This document shows positions 38,901 through 52,356 of a stretch of 64,000 nt of DNA, one piece after another (position 1 is the first letter of the stretch; each line of letters starts with the position of its first letter). The notes below the pieces were generated by a model that ran no database searches, was not told the origin of the DNA, and saw only the letters and a list, made by a program, of their open reading frames with translations. A program made the translations under genes and the position numbers. This DNA comes from Trichoplax sp. H2 (taxonomy: Eukaryota): positions 372,001 through 436,000 of the forward strand of contig NOWV01000020.1 of the NCBI GenBank assembly GCA_003344405.1, given 5' to 3'.

Positions 38901-41900
38901 GAATTGGAATTTTCCATCATTTGTTTTTGAAATTCCATGTGTTGTCGCTGCCTGGGAGATAAGGGTTTATTAACTAGATTATCAATGCTGCTTCTATCTG
39001 ATAAAACTGATCTACTTCGTTGGTCAATATTTCTGAGATCGCGTGCAATAGAGGCGGAATCATCATTTTGGTAAGTTACATAGTCGAATTTCACCTAAAA
39101 TTTAACAAAATTAAGTCAAAATATAAAAATATTGGGAATACAGTAATACTTAAGATTAAAGGGTGAATCTAATTTAAGTAACTTACATCAAAGTAAGCTG
39201 GATTCTTTTGCAATACGCTGGTAGGAATACCTGACGTATATTTAGAGTATAGCTCAATTAATTCTCGAATAGATTGCAATTTATTAATTAAAACGACGAC
39301 ATCATGTTTGAGTATTGCATCTTGTAGGTAATCAGAACACGCAATGAAGAATTTAAGTTGATCTGGTGACGGTGGAGGTGAACTCTGAATAAACGATGGG
39401 AAACTTGCGTCGAAAGGCAGTACATCAAAGTCGGACTTATTTATTCTCTTAAGATCTGCGGATAACAATGCTGGCGGAATTAACGATATTGCTTTCTCAT
39501 ACCACCCTACCAGCTATTTTTCGAAGTAAACAAGATATATCAGTTGATTAGTATAGACTTATTATCTTAATTAATGATTAAGTTAAATACAATCAATAAT
39601 CCAATATTTTTATTGATCCTAAACCAATTTCCGTAAGTATGAGATGTAGCTAAGAGTGGTTGATAATTATTTACAGTATTTAGCTACGTTTAAATAATTG
39701 ATAAATTAAATACATTGTGTTAAGCATTATAAACTACTAACAGATTACTGAAATGATGGCGTAAATTTAGTCTATAAGAGATAATTTTAGCTCGTAAAAC
39801 ATGTCGTGAAAGTAAAACATTTCACTCATGAATACTATTTACAGATACTGCCTTAGTTGATGATCCAGTCAAGACGTATTTGGATCTAACGATATAACCT
39901 GATCTGTAATTGAGAAATATTATTCCTCCAAAATTAGATTCGATAATGATATATCATTTATCGATATTGTATAGTATATCTAGATCGTAAATAATTCCTA
40001 CGCAGTACTCTTTTCAGCTGTCCAGAGTAAGAGTTGTATCATAAGATGAACCTTATCGCTAAATCTAATTTGTGCCGGAGGTTACATCTCCTGTGGTATT
40101 GTTTTACCGTAATGTAATACGTAGAGAATTAGAAGTGTTAGAATCTGTTTTAACCCATTAGCAGCAGTTGGGTAAATTTTGTAATCGTTAATGAAGTAGA
40201 TTGTATTACAATATGTAAATCCTTATTCCCATTGGTGACGGAAAATAACCTCTACTCAATAGAGTAGTAATTTGATAACATATCGCAGTGACAGTGAATT
40301 AGAACTTACCCGAGTTAATAAATAATAAAAGCTGAATACAGCATTTAAGATCTTTCTTCTGGTGTCTAGTCGGCCTGAAAATTTTTTAATTACTGAATGG
40401 AACTGTTCGCTGAAGTAACCTATATTTTTAGTATCGTAATGTTTATATCCGATCATATCTTCAGCTTCTTGTTGTAGCTTTTCTGCTTTATCGATTACAT
40501 TCTATATTATTAGGTAGAAATACGTTAGTGGTGTATAGTCATGAAATCGAATTTAATTAATTAGGCTATATCATTCTTGATGTTATCTGATAATTTACCT
40601 TAGCGGTAACATAGAATTCGGTTTGAAAATCGTGGCGTAGCTGTTGAGCCATGGACAATGAAGTAGCTACTACTATAGGTGTTTCGAGGTATGATTCTCC
40701 ACGGTATTTCAACCAATTCATAATCTGTGGCAGTAAGCATAAATTAAGTAATCTACCGGTAGATTGTAGAGAAGTGAGAGATTATATCGATACACGTATG
40801 TTGTATATTACAAAAGACCGAAAAACTTTACTTTACTGTCAATAGTTAAAATTTATCGATATAAAAAAAATTTACATACCTCGTCAACGCGACTTTGAAA
40901 ATTTCTTAGATCAAAGCATTGCCTTAACTGCGTTTCTATATCGTTCCATATTGACGTAATCTTTTTGTTAGCATTAACAATTTTAGTATAACCTTTATCT
41001 GCATCTTCTGCTAAATCTTGATAAATAGGTTTAGTTGCGAAAGTCGATAATCCAGGATCAACTTCTGATCTATGAAGCCTCTTTAAAATGGCGGTTCCAT
41101 CATTAAGTAGTGATTTTATGTTTATTTCTCTATATAAATTAAAATAAGGAGTAGAAATAAGAGCGTTACTAGAAACGAGCTTGCCATCCTTTATTATAAA
41201 CTAAAATCCAACACTATTCAATGTTGATACTGGGCCATACGTACTTTAAAATGCGAGCGAATTCGGTCCTATATTTCTTAAAGACTTCTTCGGCGCCATC
41301 CAATGTCGATGGTAGCTCATTTTCTTTCATAGCCTCTAGTTCAGCTATAATTCTAGGTGCTTTACTATTTGTATCTTCACATTGTTGTATAAATGGTAGA
41401 ATTATCTAAAGATACACCATGAAGTAGATTAAAGGTGTTAATGTAGCGTAAATTGATAGAACTTGATAGATATGATTGACTGCAAGCTAATTAGATATCT
41501 AAAAATAAATAAAATAGCAAGCGAGCCAATGTGGAAATTTACAAATATTGATTAGCTTCGAAATATTGAAGTACTTCGGTAAATTTTTCATAAATGGAAG
41601 AGAACTGACGGTAAAATTATTGATTAATAAAATTGTGTACAATTACTAATGCACCTGCAAGTATCTGACACAAGCTTGATGATCGTGAACAAGGTATCCA
41701 CCAAGATCCGAAGTTAACTGACTCGAATCAATTTGAGATTTTAAGTCATGTACTTCGTTCAAGATTTTAATCTACAAGAACAATGACAAGTAACAAGGTG
41801 ATTTTAAATTACAGTAATCAATCTTAAATTAAGGTTTAAAATCCGAAATAGATTTGCCCACTGACTGGTAGAGGTTGTTTAAATTTCGATTGTTTGTATC

Positions 41901-42849
41901 GTGATAGTGCTTTTGATAGACACTTTTGATTCGCTCTACTTCTGGGTTTTATGAGATAAACGACATGGATCAGCCCTGTATATGCCTGAAAAAATTAGAC
42001 GGTTGATTTTAACTCTTAGTAATGCAGTGAAATCACAAAATATTTTAAATAATAAAGCAATATTTAAGTCACGGAAAGCTTATTGTACCTTGATGTTATC
42101 GAGAGCATCGAGTGTAAAATTAATGTATTCATATGGAGATGCTGATAAATCTATAATAATAGTATAGCCACGGTGTCGCTGTTCCATCCTATATTTAGAA
42201 ATATCCAAATATATGTTATATGAGTAGGAATTTTAGTTAAACTGATTAAATAGACTAGCGTTAAGTAAGGAGAATTGCTAGTATATACGCGTATAATACA
42301 ATATAATCATCTTATCGATGATTATTTTGAGTTAATGAAATCTCTGATTAATGATGTTTCGAATGAAAACGATAGATAGCTGCAATACAGTGCAAATAAA
42401 TACTGAGAGATAACGATGTTGCATTAAGATTGTGGTAATAACTTTTTACTAAATTAATCTTGTATGAATTACCTAGGTAGACCCATCCAGAAGTTAAGTA
42501 GTTGGGTCATCTCTAGAGTACTTAAATCGGTTATTCCCGTTCCATGACGTTTAGCAGGCAAGGTAATAATTGGGCCACCTCGTTGATCGGTACCACCTTA
42601 TCGAAAGAATATAGTAGTCAATATATTAGCGTATATATAAACTGTGTTCATTATTCCTTCTACGACCATTTAAAGATACACATACCAATTAGCCTGCAAT
42701 TTATACAGATACTACTACGCTACAGAGCTTGTACCTCTATTGGTCTAATTGTGCAAGAAATTTTTTGCAGTTTACTTATTTTTACCTGTTAAGATGGCAG
42801 CCTCTGACAGCAACGTATCAGTATTTAGAATGGACGGTTTGGATGGCAT
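31176..42849 (-). CDS. Giant SEC14/CRAL-TRIO + spectrin-repeat + about 2,000-aa low-complexity + C-terminal actin-fold fusion protein (about 2,903 aa, 15 exons)
   Basis: Exons 42849-42786, 42596-42473, 42188-42089, 41985-41866, 41771-41655, 41405-41245, 41129-40880, 40724-40599, 40501-40310, 39513-39187, 39094-33083, 32980-32855, 32585-32463, 32315-32120 and 31849-31176; all GT-AG and phase-consistent. SEC14 motifs [35 protein letters not shown]; spectrin-type [36 protein letters not shown]; actin motifs [72 protein letters not shown]. Confidence 0.75.
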
Positions 42850-45800
42850 GATCACTTATCTATAAACCTAACTGATAGGAAAGTATCGCTTAATTACAGG
42901 AGCATGTTTTTATTTTTCTATTCAAAAATTCATCTTCTACAATCGTATAAGACATTGCAAACTTTGAGTTTATTTATAAGATCCCTTAGCTAATGGTAAA
43001 TGAACTCAAACTACTTGATACTATATGCATAAAGAGCTCTTTTTTACGTATATTCAGTCCTAAGGTTCGTTTATTCTATTTGATTATATACTGTGTATAA
43101 TAAATGTTTTCAGTAATGCGGCGATGGTATCACTATGTCGTCAATTGAAGGCTTGCACATTGTATCGTGCATATTTTGATAATATTTTAAGTGCGATCAA
43201 AATTAAATCCTATCGACGACATACTGATGTCCAATTAGCCTACTGTAAGATGTAAGCTCAAAAATTCTGGCTCCAGAATACAATTGTATGCTTTGATGTA
43301 TCAGTTACATTAAATGTTTTACTAGCTATTTTGGGCGGTTGATGTTAGCATTTAGTACAATAAGAGGCTACTATCAATAATGTTGTAGATAGTTATAATT
43401 TTTTCGTTATAGATTCTAATATCATTGAAATTGAACTATCAGAAGATAAGGAAGATAATATCAATCGCTGTTTTCCAATTTGATACAAAGGTCAATAAAA
43501 GTAGGAAGTTACGAGAAATGATTATGATTTCGGCGATAACGGTCAAGGGTGATTGTCCACTATAGTACAATAGCCCAGATTATGATATTATCGCTAGAAA
43601 GTTAATCGTAGTAATTTAATATAATCTTCAGTATAAAGTATTATTACCAGTAAATTCTGCTAGTTTCTCATTGCCTACAAATAAGTTAACACAAATTGTT
43701 GTTATCTGACGAAATCTTTAATGAAAAGTATGTCGGTAAACGAAGAGGAAAGGATGCCACTAGAGCGATAAATTGTCGATACAATAGTTATTAACGTATC
43801 ATTGTTGTCCGAAACTAAAGCATTAACTGTAGATGAGGAAATTATTTTGTTCTATTTTGACACAATAGTATACAAACACAATAACAGTAAGTACCATATT
43901 AATATAGAATTGCTAAAGGAATCAGGGAGCGTTAAGTATATCCTAACTAGCGATGGAAAAATTGATTTTACGGAATTAAAAATGATCGATTAATATCCTC
44001 CTGTGTTGCGTAACGCTGCACTATTTACATATGCTAGATGTAATTAATGTAAACACATCAATAATAAAAAAATACTGCTTGAAATAGATTGTTGCTTGGC
44101 AGTGCATGATGGTATACAAGTTAAAATCTCTAGATAATTGTATCGTCATCGATCACTCTCTGTTATAACAGTAGTCACTACTTTCAATTAAATTGTAATG
44201 TGTCTCAAATTAAATAGAGGATATTATTTGCTATAACTGATTTCACGATATGGTTGCGTACGATATTATTTACTCCTGAACTTTATACAACTCGTGTAAG
44301 TAGGGCGAATACAGTCTTATACATATAAAGACAATAGGTACGCTATATTTACTTGACGGTAGCCAAGCTTCAATGTGTCACAATAATCGATTTAATTAAT
44401 TTTTCTAACTGGAAGGAAGGTAGTTTGACTATTGATTGGCAGAAAATATACAGTAGGGTGATGATAATAATAGTGTAATTATAGTGGATTGAATATTTGA
44501 AAGGCTAGTTATGAAGTAATTCGATTAATTTTATTTAAAAATATTATTTTACTATGTTTATTCTAGTTATGATAATATGTGTTGGGATGATCCACGAAAA
44601 GATGCAATTTTTAACGATGATAGTCATTATGAATATAAGGATCCTGAACTTTAAAAGTAATAACTACAATGATTCTATGGATAAAGACGTCTAAAATAGA
44701 AAGAGTAGATTGATTTTTGATGATTATTATGAATAGTAATTAATTTATCATTTCGTAGTGTATTATTGTTATATACCAAACGATAATAACGTAAAGCTGA
44801 TGGAAAATTAATAATGCACTTTAACCTATCACTACATTGGTGTAGCGTTTATTCGATAGTCAAATTACACAGAATATCGATATCATAACTATTCCATTAA
44901 GAATAAATGAATTCATTCCTCTTAAATAGTATACAAAGTTGCATTAGTATTACATATTTCTATATCCAGTTACTTTGTTACTTATTACTGATATTGAATC
45001 GATTCTTACTTCTGCATGTTCTATTTTTAGTATGGTGGGACTCAAACGTGTTGTTACTTCGCTTAGAGCTTACTAATTCTTGTTGATTGGCTAAACACTA
45101 ACGTACACGTCCATCTGCACATCTAATCTTTTAGATGATAAATAAATAAGGGAAAATGATTTGGACATTTTATTCGAAATGGCAGAGTAATGCTTATTTT
45201 ACGGTTGATGATGGGTAATTACGATTTTATGTGAGCTAAAAATACCCCTCGTATATCATCATGTTCATTAATCGAATAGTGTAATGTCAGCAGTTGGGGG
45301 GGGGGCGGTGGTCGAGGATACACGTACTCTTTAGCAGTGGAGCAAATAGGTGATCGTAGAATGTCTTCGTTGGAGTGTACATAAGAAGGAGGAACTGTAA
45401 CATTTGTAATCTAAAATATGAAAACATTGCCATGTTACCGCCATTCTAATTCGTAAATTGTGTCCGTATGGATGAGAGTGGTCTTATCGATGCAAATGAT
45501 AACCTATATTAATTCATGAATCGGCCGATCTCATTAAAATTGTGGAATATAGGAATACGTCTTATAAATGCCATATGAAGAATTTGAATATTATTCTATA
45601 CGTAACATTTTTGTCGTTCTGTATATTAATATTTGTTCCTATTGATGATAGTTTTCCGCTTCTTCCTTCCATTAAATTAAGTAAAACCGTATATTGCAAT
45701 GTTATCGTTGTTAGCGGTATCATTTAACATGTATGAATTGCGGATAGTTGGATGGTGTTATAGATATATTTGAAGCTACCGTTGTGGTATCTTCTGATTA

Positions 45801-46619
45801 TAGACCTTGCTTTGCCTGAATTTGGTAACGATTAAGGTAATTCAATCTTGGTGCGCTAACGCGTTATAAACTAAGGCTTTGGTTTCGACTGTTGTCTGCT
45901 TAAGTAATTTTTGAATTTTTGAATTCTTTTAACTATCATGACACCGCTAATAGTACAATTATGATCCACTAGAGCGATTTCAATAGCATTTTACATGCTC
46001 TACGCTTGTATCACTACTGAAAATGTTGGACAATTAAGAAGGTTCTATTGACAAACGATGAAAATTTTATTTCTATTTTATAACTGACTGGTTCATTAGT
46101 AGCATGATATTGCATGATATTGTCGGCGTTAAAAGGAAGATTAATTTCAACTCCTTGGATGGAAATGAAGATTTACAGTAGTTCATGATTCTATATGTTT
46201 ATCATTTTATTCAGAAATGAAAAGGGATCGACCGAGATAAGATCATGATGGTCAATGGCTAGTACAGAATGAAAGTATAGAAAAGAAAACAACGTAAGCA
46301 ATTTAAAACAATTTCTACCATTAGGTACGACAAAGGATAAACTTTATGGAATGGATTTTGATCATCGCCTGAAGACACATATGAAACTGTCGACCGCGAA
46401 TTCTATCTATGTTTAGCCTGGTAGTGACTTGATCAAGAGTTACCTGATCTTGAGCATCAATAATTGTAGATGATTAATTTCCTACAATCTTACGTTGTCG
46501 ATGGTAGACGTAAGAAAGTAATTGGCGATCTTGATCTACTTGAACAGGGATTAATTGTACGCCAAGTTGAATATTTGGGTTTGCGTAGCATCTGAATATT
46601 ATGACCCAATTATAGCTGA

Positions 46620-47215
46620 TCAGCATCAACTGGTGATTGGTTGAAGGCTTGGCGAACCGACGCGTAGTTTACTATGGTGACCGCCGCGATGGAACTTGAA
46701 TTCTATTGGACGTTTAGTAAGCATGCGCACCGATCGTTTTATTCGAACATCATGCAAGTTCCCTTCGTGTACAGTACAGTACAGTAGAATTCCTCCGTAC
46801 AGTACTGTACACTGGTAGGTAGTGCTTTTCATAAGGTAATGATCTGGGAGCCTGGGGTTGTTAGTAACTTGTTACTAAAATACGCGACTAAACAAGAAAA
46901 TACCATTACAGTATACTGTACTGAGTAGTGGAAGGGCTAATTTCTATGATTCTTGTGCAAACACTACAGCAGTGCACTCGCTGTACTGTGGGTTGTTACT
47001 AAAATAAGCGACTAGACAAGAAAATACGATTATACTGTACTGTATTGAGTATGTTCGGGCTAATTTCTATGATTTTGTGCAAACACGACAGCAGTGCACT
47101 CGCTGTAGTGTGTACACTGTATGTACAGTATACTGTACTATACTGTACTGTACAGTTCAGTACCGTACAGTGTACAGTACCTTAACGGGTGCATATTGTG
47201 ACTGTACACTGTACA
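46620..47215. promoter_or_regulatory. GC/CpG-richer island with dense TACAG/CTGTA motifs; candidate promoter for minus-strand transcription toward the fusion gene
   Basis: gtacagtacagtacagtaga, the 16-bp palindrome gtacagtatactgtac (47123-47138), and a downstream minus-strand donor GTAAG at 46493. Same motif type as the KIF17/CNOT4 intergenic island. The promoter role is inference. Confidence 0.4.
46871..47110. repeat. 124-bp tandem duplication
   Basis: gttactaaaata.gcgacta.acaagaaaatac...gggctaatttctatgatt.ttgtgcaaacac.acagcagtgcactcgctgta at 46871 and 46995. Confidence 0.9.
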
Positions 47216-48486
47216 GTCATGGACTACTCAATTACACTACCGTATGCAAACTCTTGACTTTTGCTTTACAGCTACCTGACCTACAAAACTGCCTTTCTAT
47301 TTTGCAGTAAAGGACTCAATTTATACATTCTCGTTCTACTGTAATAAAGGAGTAAGCATGATCTACAAATAGGCAATGCCATATTTTAAATTTCCACCTG
47401 GCAATCTCCTTCGCACAGATTAAATATAAAGCGGAAATGAAATTAAAAATCGCATGCAATCTGAAACTTATCGATGGTATATTGTTTTTCCTGCATTCCA
47501 AATAAAAGCTTTTCTCTGCTTTATCCAAGCTATTCCTTGAGTGCTTTACATCTACTAACGCTTTGGAACGAAATGATAGGCAGCTCAATTTTGTAAAATA
47601 AAGCTTCACTAAACACTTGACGCTCTCCTTAGCCGCAAACTAATTTACGAATCACAATGGAATGATTTATGAACTGTTATGGCATGTATATCATAAAATA
47701 AGGCTAAGAGGAATTGTTTATTGCTGCCTGCAACCAGGTGTTACAATATAATCATCGCTATGCATATAACATATTCGTATTTAGCGATAGATACTATTTG
47801 ATAGTGCTTAACAGTGTATCACTAGCAGATGCATTGTAACTAAGCTACCGAGAAAAACGAAACAAAATTCAATGCTCACGTAATGTACAATTATTCATTT
47901 TCTAAAAATTAGAGAAGGGATTTTTTTTATAGGATAATTACATTATTTAAAGTCAAATTCGTGAATTCAATACAATGAGAAAGAGATTAATTTTAATATA
48001 GATCCAAGAATTATACTCATACAAGTATGTTATCATTAAATTTATGTATTAAATTATATTTGAATCAAGAACTAAAATTTATAGTAAGACTAAAAGCTAA
48101 TCTTTGCTAGACATCGTTCAGATCCAAGTCTAAATATCACTTTGTGCTATTTATCGGCATTATGACGTCTTTTGTTGCGAATTATATTCGGAAAGATAGT
48201 ACTTGATTCCGATTACAATCATTGTAAACTATGATACTTGGTAAGACTGATTTTATGGAGTACTTAATTACACATTATAAAGGCACGATTGAATAACGTT
48301 CATAAAGTCTTTATTATAATACAGGAAGAGACTATATTATACTCGTATAACATTTGCTGAGATCATTCGTTACGGTTTCCTAATTTATGACGTAAAGGTC
48401 AAGTCAATGTTGGTTAGCTACTAATATATCATAGTCGAAGTGACCAAGGATTTTGAAGTCATGTAATCCAATATTTATTATTTGGG

Positions 48487-51400
48487 CTAATTTCCTGTTG
48501 ATCGTTTGCCTCCTAAAGGTTGCAACTTACCATGCCTTGAATTCGGACGATTATTAGATATTGATTCCAATTTTGCCGGTCGCGATGGCTGCATAGGGTT
48601 ATGATGAACGGGTGATAATGGTGCATTGCCATTTAACAGTTTATGTGGTGGTTTTCGCTGATCGGGTAGGTCTAAGCCGCTATTCCCCAAGGTATTACCT
48701 CCAAGGAGTTGATTAACACGTTTCGATTTAAAATAATTAGTACTACTATCATTCTTTTTGTTCAACCGTTGAAGGTATTTGTCTTCTTCCGGTGTTACTG
48801 CTTCATCATTATCAGATGAATAATTAGTACTGCCGTTATTAGCTGCTTGTTGCTGACGCATTTTATTACTCGACGTTGTCGATGGTTTGCCACCAGGTGG
48901 TAATGATAGTTTAGATAAAATTAAATCAGGAATTGTCCATTTCTGATTTTCATCGTCCCATTTGCATTCTATACGTACCTTATCGATATTGTAGTAGTTA
49001 CAGTCGCGACGAATGCATCCCTGTATACGCTCTAGTATTTGAGTATTTAACTTAATTTCTCTTTCTTGCTTTCGTATTGTATCTAAAAAGTCTTGCCTTT
49101 CAGTCTCAAATTCGCTTTGTAAATCACGAATTTCAATTTCGCTTGCTGTCAGCTTTTGTTGCAGGTCATCTACAACTTTAGTTTTATTCTTGATATCATC
49201 ATGTAATGAATCATATACTTTAATCATGATGCCATCATCTTCCATCTTTTGTATATTTTTTAATAAAGTTTGTCGTTTCTTTTCTGCGTGGCGTTTACGT
49301 TTTAGTCGCTTTTCTTTTAACGCTTCATCATTGGCTTTTTCACCTCCAATCATTTTGAGTTGTAGTTCTTGAAGTCGCTGTAGTGCTTGATCATGTTGGA
49401 ATAGTTGTTTTTCGCTTGGGCTATTCATGATAGCATCTGGACTATTGGAAGGTACCATGGCACGAATATTCATTTCAAGGTGGTTATCTACTCCTTCCTG
49501 AATTTCTGTAGTAACCTATTAATTTATAAATTAAGGTAAATACCAAGTCATAGTAACGAAATATCCAGTTGCTACTTAGTTTAGTTCAGACTATTGCTGT
49601 ATTTATTTCTCAGTTCTCATATACTGTACGTTGTGTTAAAACTACGTATCGTTTACTACTGAAAATTTTCATACCGCTTCCTGTTCAGTTCCTATAAATT
49701 CTTTTCTTTCACCTTCAACTATATTTTGTGCAGTTTCTAATAACAATATATGTATAAGGTTAATAATAGAATAATTTTGGAAACGATCGTTATGAGCCCA
49801 AATAATTATAATACACCTAAATATAAATCACTGGAAGTATTTTTATACGGTAAGTGCAGACAGTTATGTTTATATTATGCACATACTGTATACAGTAGCT
49901 ACTATATTATTATTTATCTATTGTCAAGGGATGATAAAGCACTAAGTTTTGTAATTTCTGAAGTTACAAGTAAGTTAAGACTGGTAATTATTATATGTGC
50001 AGGAATTGCATATACTGTGTATACTATGTTCATTCATGTAACTGGGATCAATCTTAATATAGATTTAAATTAAAGGAAATCTAATTTGTTTGAGTTATTA
50101 TAGGATAATTCTTATTTATGTAGCATAATTACGGTATATTAAAACAGTGTGCATTAACTAAGTATCATCAGAAATATCCTTCAATTAATGATATGTTATG
50201 CTCGCATTTGTACCCTGTGTTACTGTGCTTTGGGCTGGCTTAGGTTTCGTTGCTTCATTCGGTTGTGTATCTGGAGGAACTTCTTTTGTCTCTGATTGCT
50301 GTTGCTTTTGGGAATTTAACATTTCAAGGCGTAGTTGTTCTAATTTATTTTCATACTCATCTTTGATATTAGCCACTTCTGATTCTAACTTTGCTCGATT
50401 GGCTTGTTCGCTCTGAAATTTTTGTTCCAGATTTGACATCTGATTTTCATACTGATTTTTAAGTTTTTCTTTTTCTTCCATTAACTTTAATCGCGCTTGC
50501 TCATTTTGCTCGTTTTCTTTTTCAATTTCAGCTTGGTTAGCTTGATCCGGTGTAGGTACCGATGCGTCTGTTAGGCAATCAGATATGCCATTTAACGCAA
50601 TGAATTTATGATATAAAATTAGGCGTTATTAGTGAAATACTACTAACATGTTCGCTAAAGAGATATAGCTATCTTACCCGTAGGTGAAACAGTTAGCATT
50701 GATTTAAGTTTTTTAATTTCTTCTTGATATTGTCTGATCAATGCATCTTTTGGATCTTCATTAATACGAGGTTTATTTTTGATGTTTTTAGCACGATTGG
50801 CGTATCGTAAAGTGCTTAAGGTTTCATCATAGTTATTATCGGCAGGACTAATGCAAGCAACCATTAAAGTTTTAGTATTGCCACCCAAAGAGTCTTGTAG
50901 TAATCTTGTTAATTTTGAATCTCTTTAATGATAATAACCAGAGTATTTCAGTTATAATGCAACTTAAATGATCTTATTATTTAATTAAAGTTGTAAAATG
51001 GTTATTTTATGATACTAACCTGTATGGAATATGCTTAGATTTGCCATCAACTAATGCTGAAATAACATTACCAAGAGCGGATAAAGATAAATTGATTTTA
51101 GTAGCTTCTTTTAGCCTACTACCTGATGCACCCGTTTTTGATTGACGTTCACTACCAGCTAAATCAACTAAATTTAGTTTTCCAGCTCGAAGATGTTCAT
51201 CGCCGTCATCATCTAAATAATGCAATAAAATCCGCAAGTATTGTGATCCTTAGATACGTATCGTGTTGAAAAATCTATTTATCGTTAGAAATTTTTAGAA
51301 TCCAATTTAAACTTTGCGTTATTTTACCTTTAACACACATTTCTAGACTAATAGTAAATATGGAATGAGATCTTGAGGAATCCGCATTCATTAAGGTAGC

Positions 51401-52356
51401 ACCCACTGAACGATTCTTGCCTCCAATATTCATCAATCGCTCCATATCAATAGTACTGTAAACAGGTATGCTTAATAGATCTTTCACATAAACGCCTTTC
51501 TCCGGGTGTTCCTAAATTGTCAAGTAATTGAAAGATAAGATTCTTTCCTTTATTATACCAAACAAGTTATGATATCATAAACATTTTTAATGTACGATTA
51601 TCAAGCTATTTTATGATATAATAGATATTTTAATGGCTGTTTGTTAATTTAATATGTCATATGACATCTAACCTTAACTTCTAAATTGTTTTTAACATCT
51701 TTGGCTAGTAAATCGCGAATGGTTTCATTATAAATTTCCAGATATGATGCACGTATGAGATATTTTGTTCCTTCAGTAGTCTGTATTGCTTCGAATATAT
51801 GATCGAATGCACGTGGTGTAATTCCACGCTGACTCGGGGGATCAGTAACACCTACATATTTGCGTTATGTAACATAATTAATACGTATGCCATTTCATTA
51901 AGGTGAGTTGACAAAAAAATTTATTTAACCATAAGCATTAAATGATATTTTATTATAAGATGTAATTTTTTATAGCTAACGATGAGTATCGACTAATCAG
52001 AATTACAATATTAGACAGGAGTAGACATAAGTTTAAGTTACTGTCAATGTCATACCTTGCATAGTATAAGATTTGCCACATCCAGTTTGGCCATAGGCAA
52101 AAATCGTTCCGTTATAACCTTCTAAAACACCATCAACAAGTGGATAGGCAATATCATTGTAGATTGTATCAGTAACGGAATTTATATTATAGACGCCATC
52201 GTAAGTAAAACTTTTCGGTGGTTCATCGGCTTTGGGTTTCTTCAGGCGGGCCTGAAAGGTTGATTCGTCCATTTCAACTACATTTTCGCAGCGCAAATCA
52301 ACCTCACGCTGATTAATTGGCCTACATCGAACTATCACTTTAACAGCTTCAGCCAT
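48487..52356 (-). CDS. KIF17: Homodimeric kinesin-2 KIF17/OSM-3 (8 coding exons)
   Basis: [13 protein letters not shown]...[11 protein letters not shown]...[79 protein letters not shown]17-type stalk/tail ([36 protein letters not shown]). Exons at about 52356-52056, 51852-51673, 51511-51328, 51212-51020, 50923-50678, 50567-50213, 49736-49675 and 49515-48487. Confidence 0.93.

Noticed and set aside
43400..44660. Plus-strand exon-like pieces (43802 ORF; YDNMCWDDPRKDAIF... at about 44568)
   Set aside because: No phase-consistent model could be built and no homology is recognisable.
31192..50416. Plus-strand ORFs overlapping minus-strand exons (for example 31192, 35106, 49190, 50198; likewise 2927 and 22136)
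   Set aside because: Antisense shadows of real coding exons, with no independent motifs.
26..52356. Co-oriented PDZ, Rab, actin-fusion and KIF17 genes as a functional trafficking cluster
   Set aside because: Adjacency in an animal genome is not evidence of co-function without conserved synteny or co-expression data.
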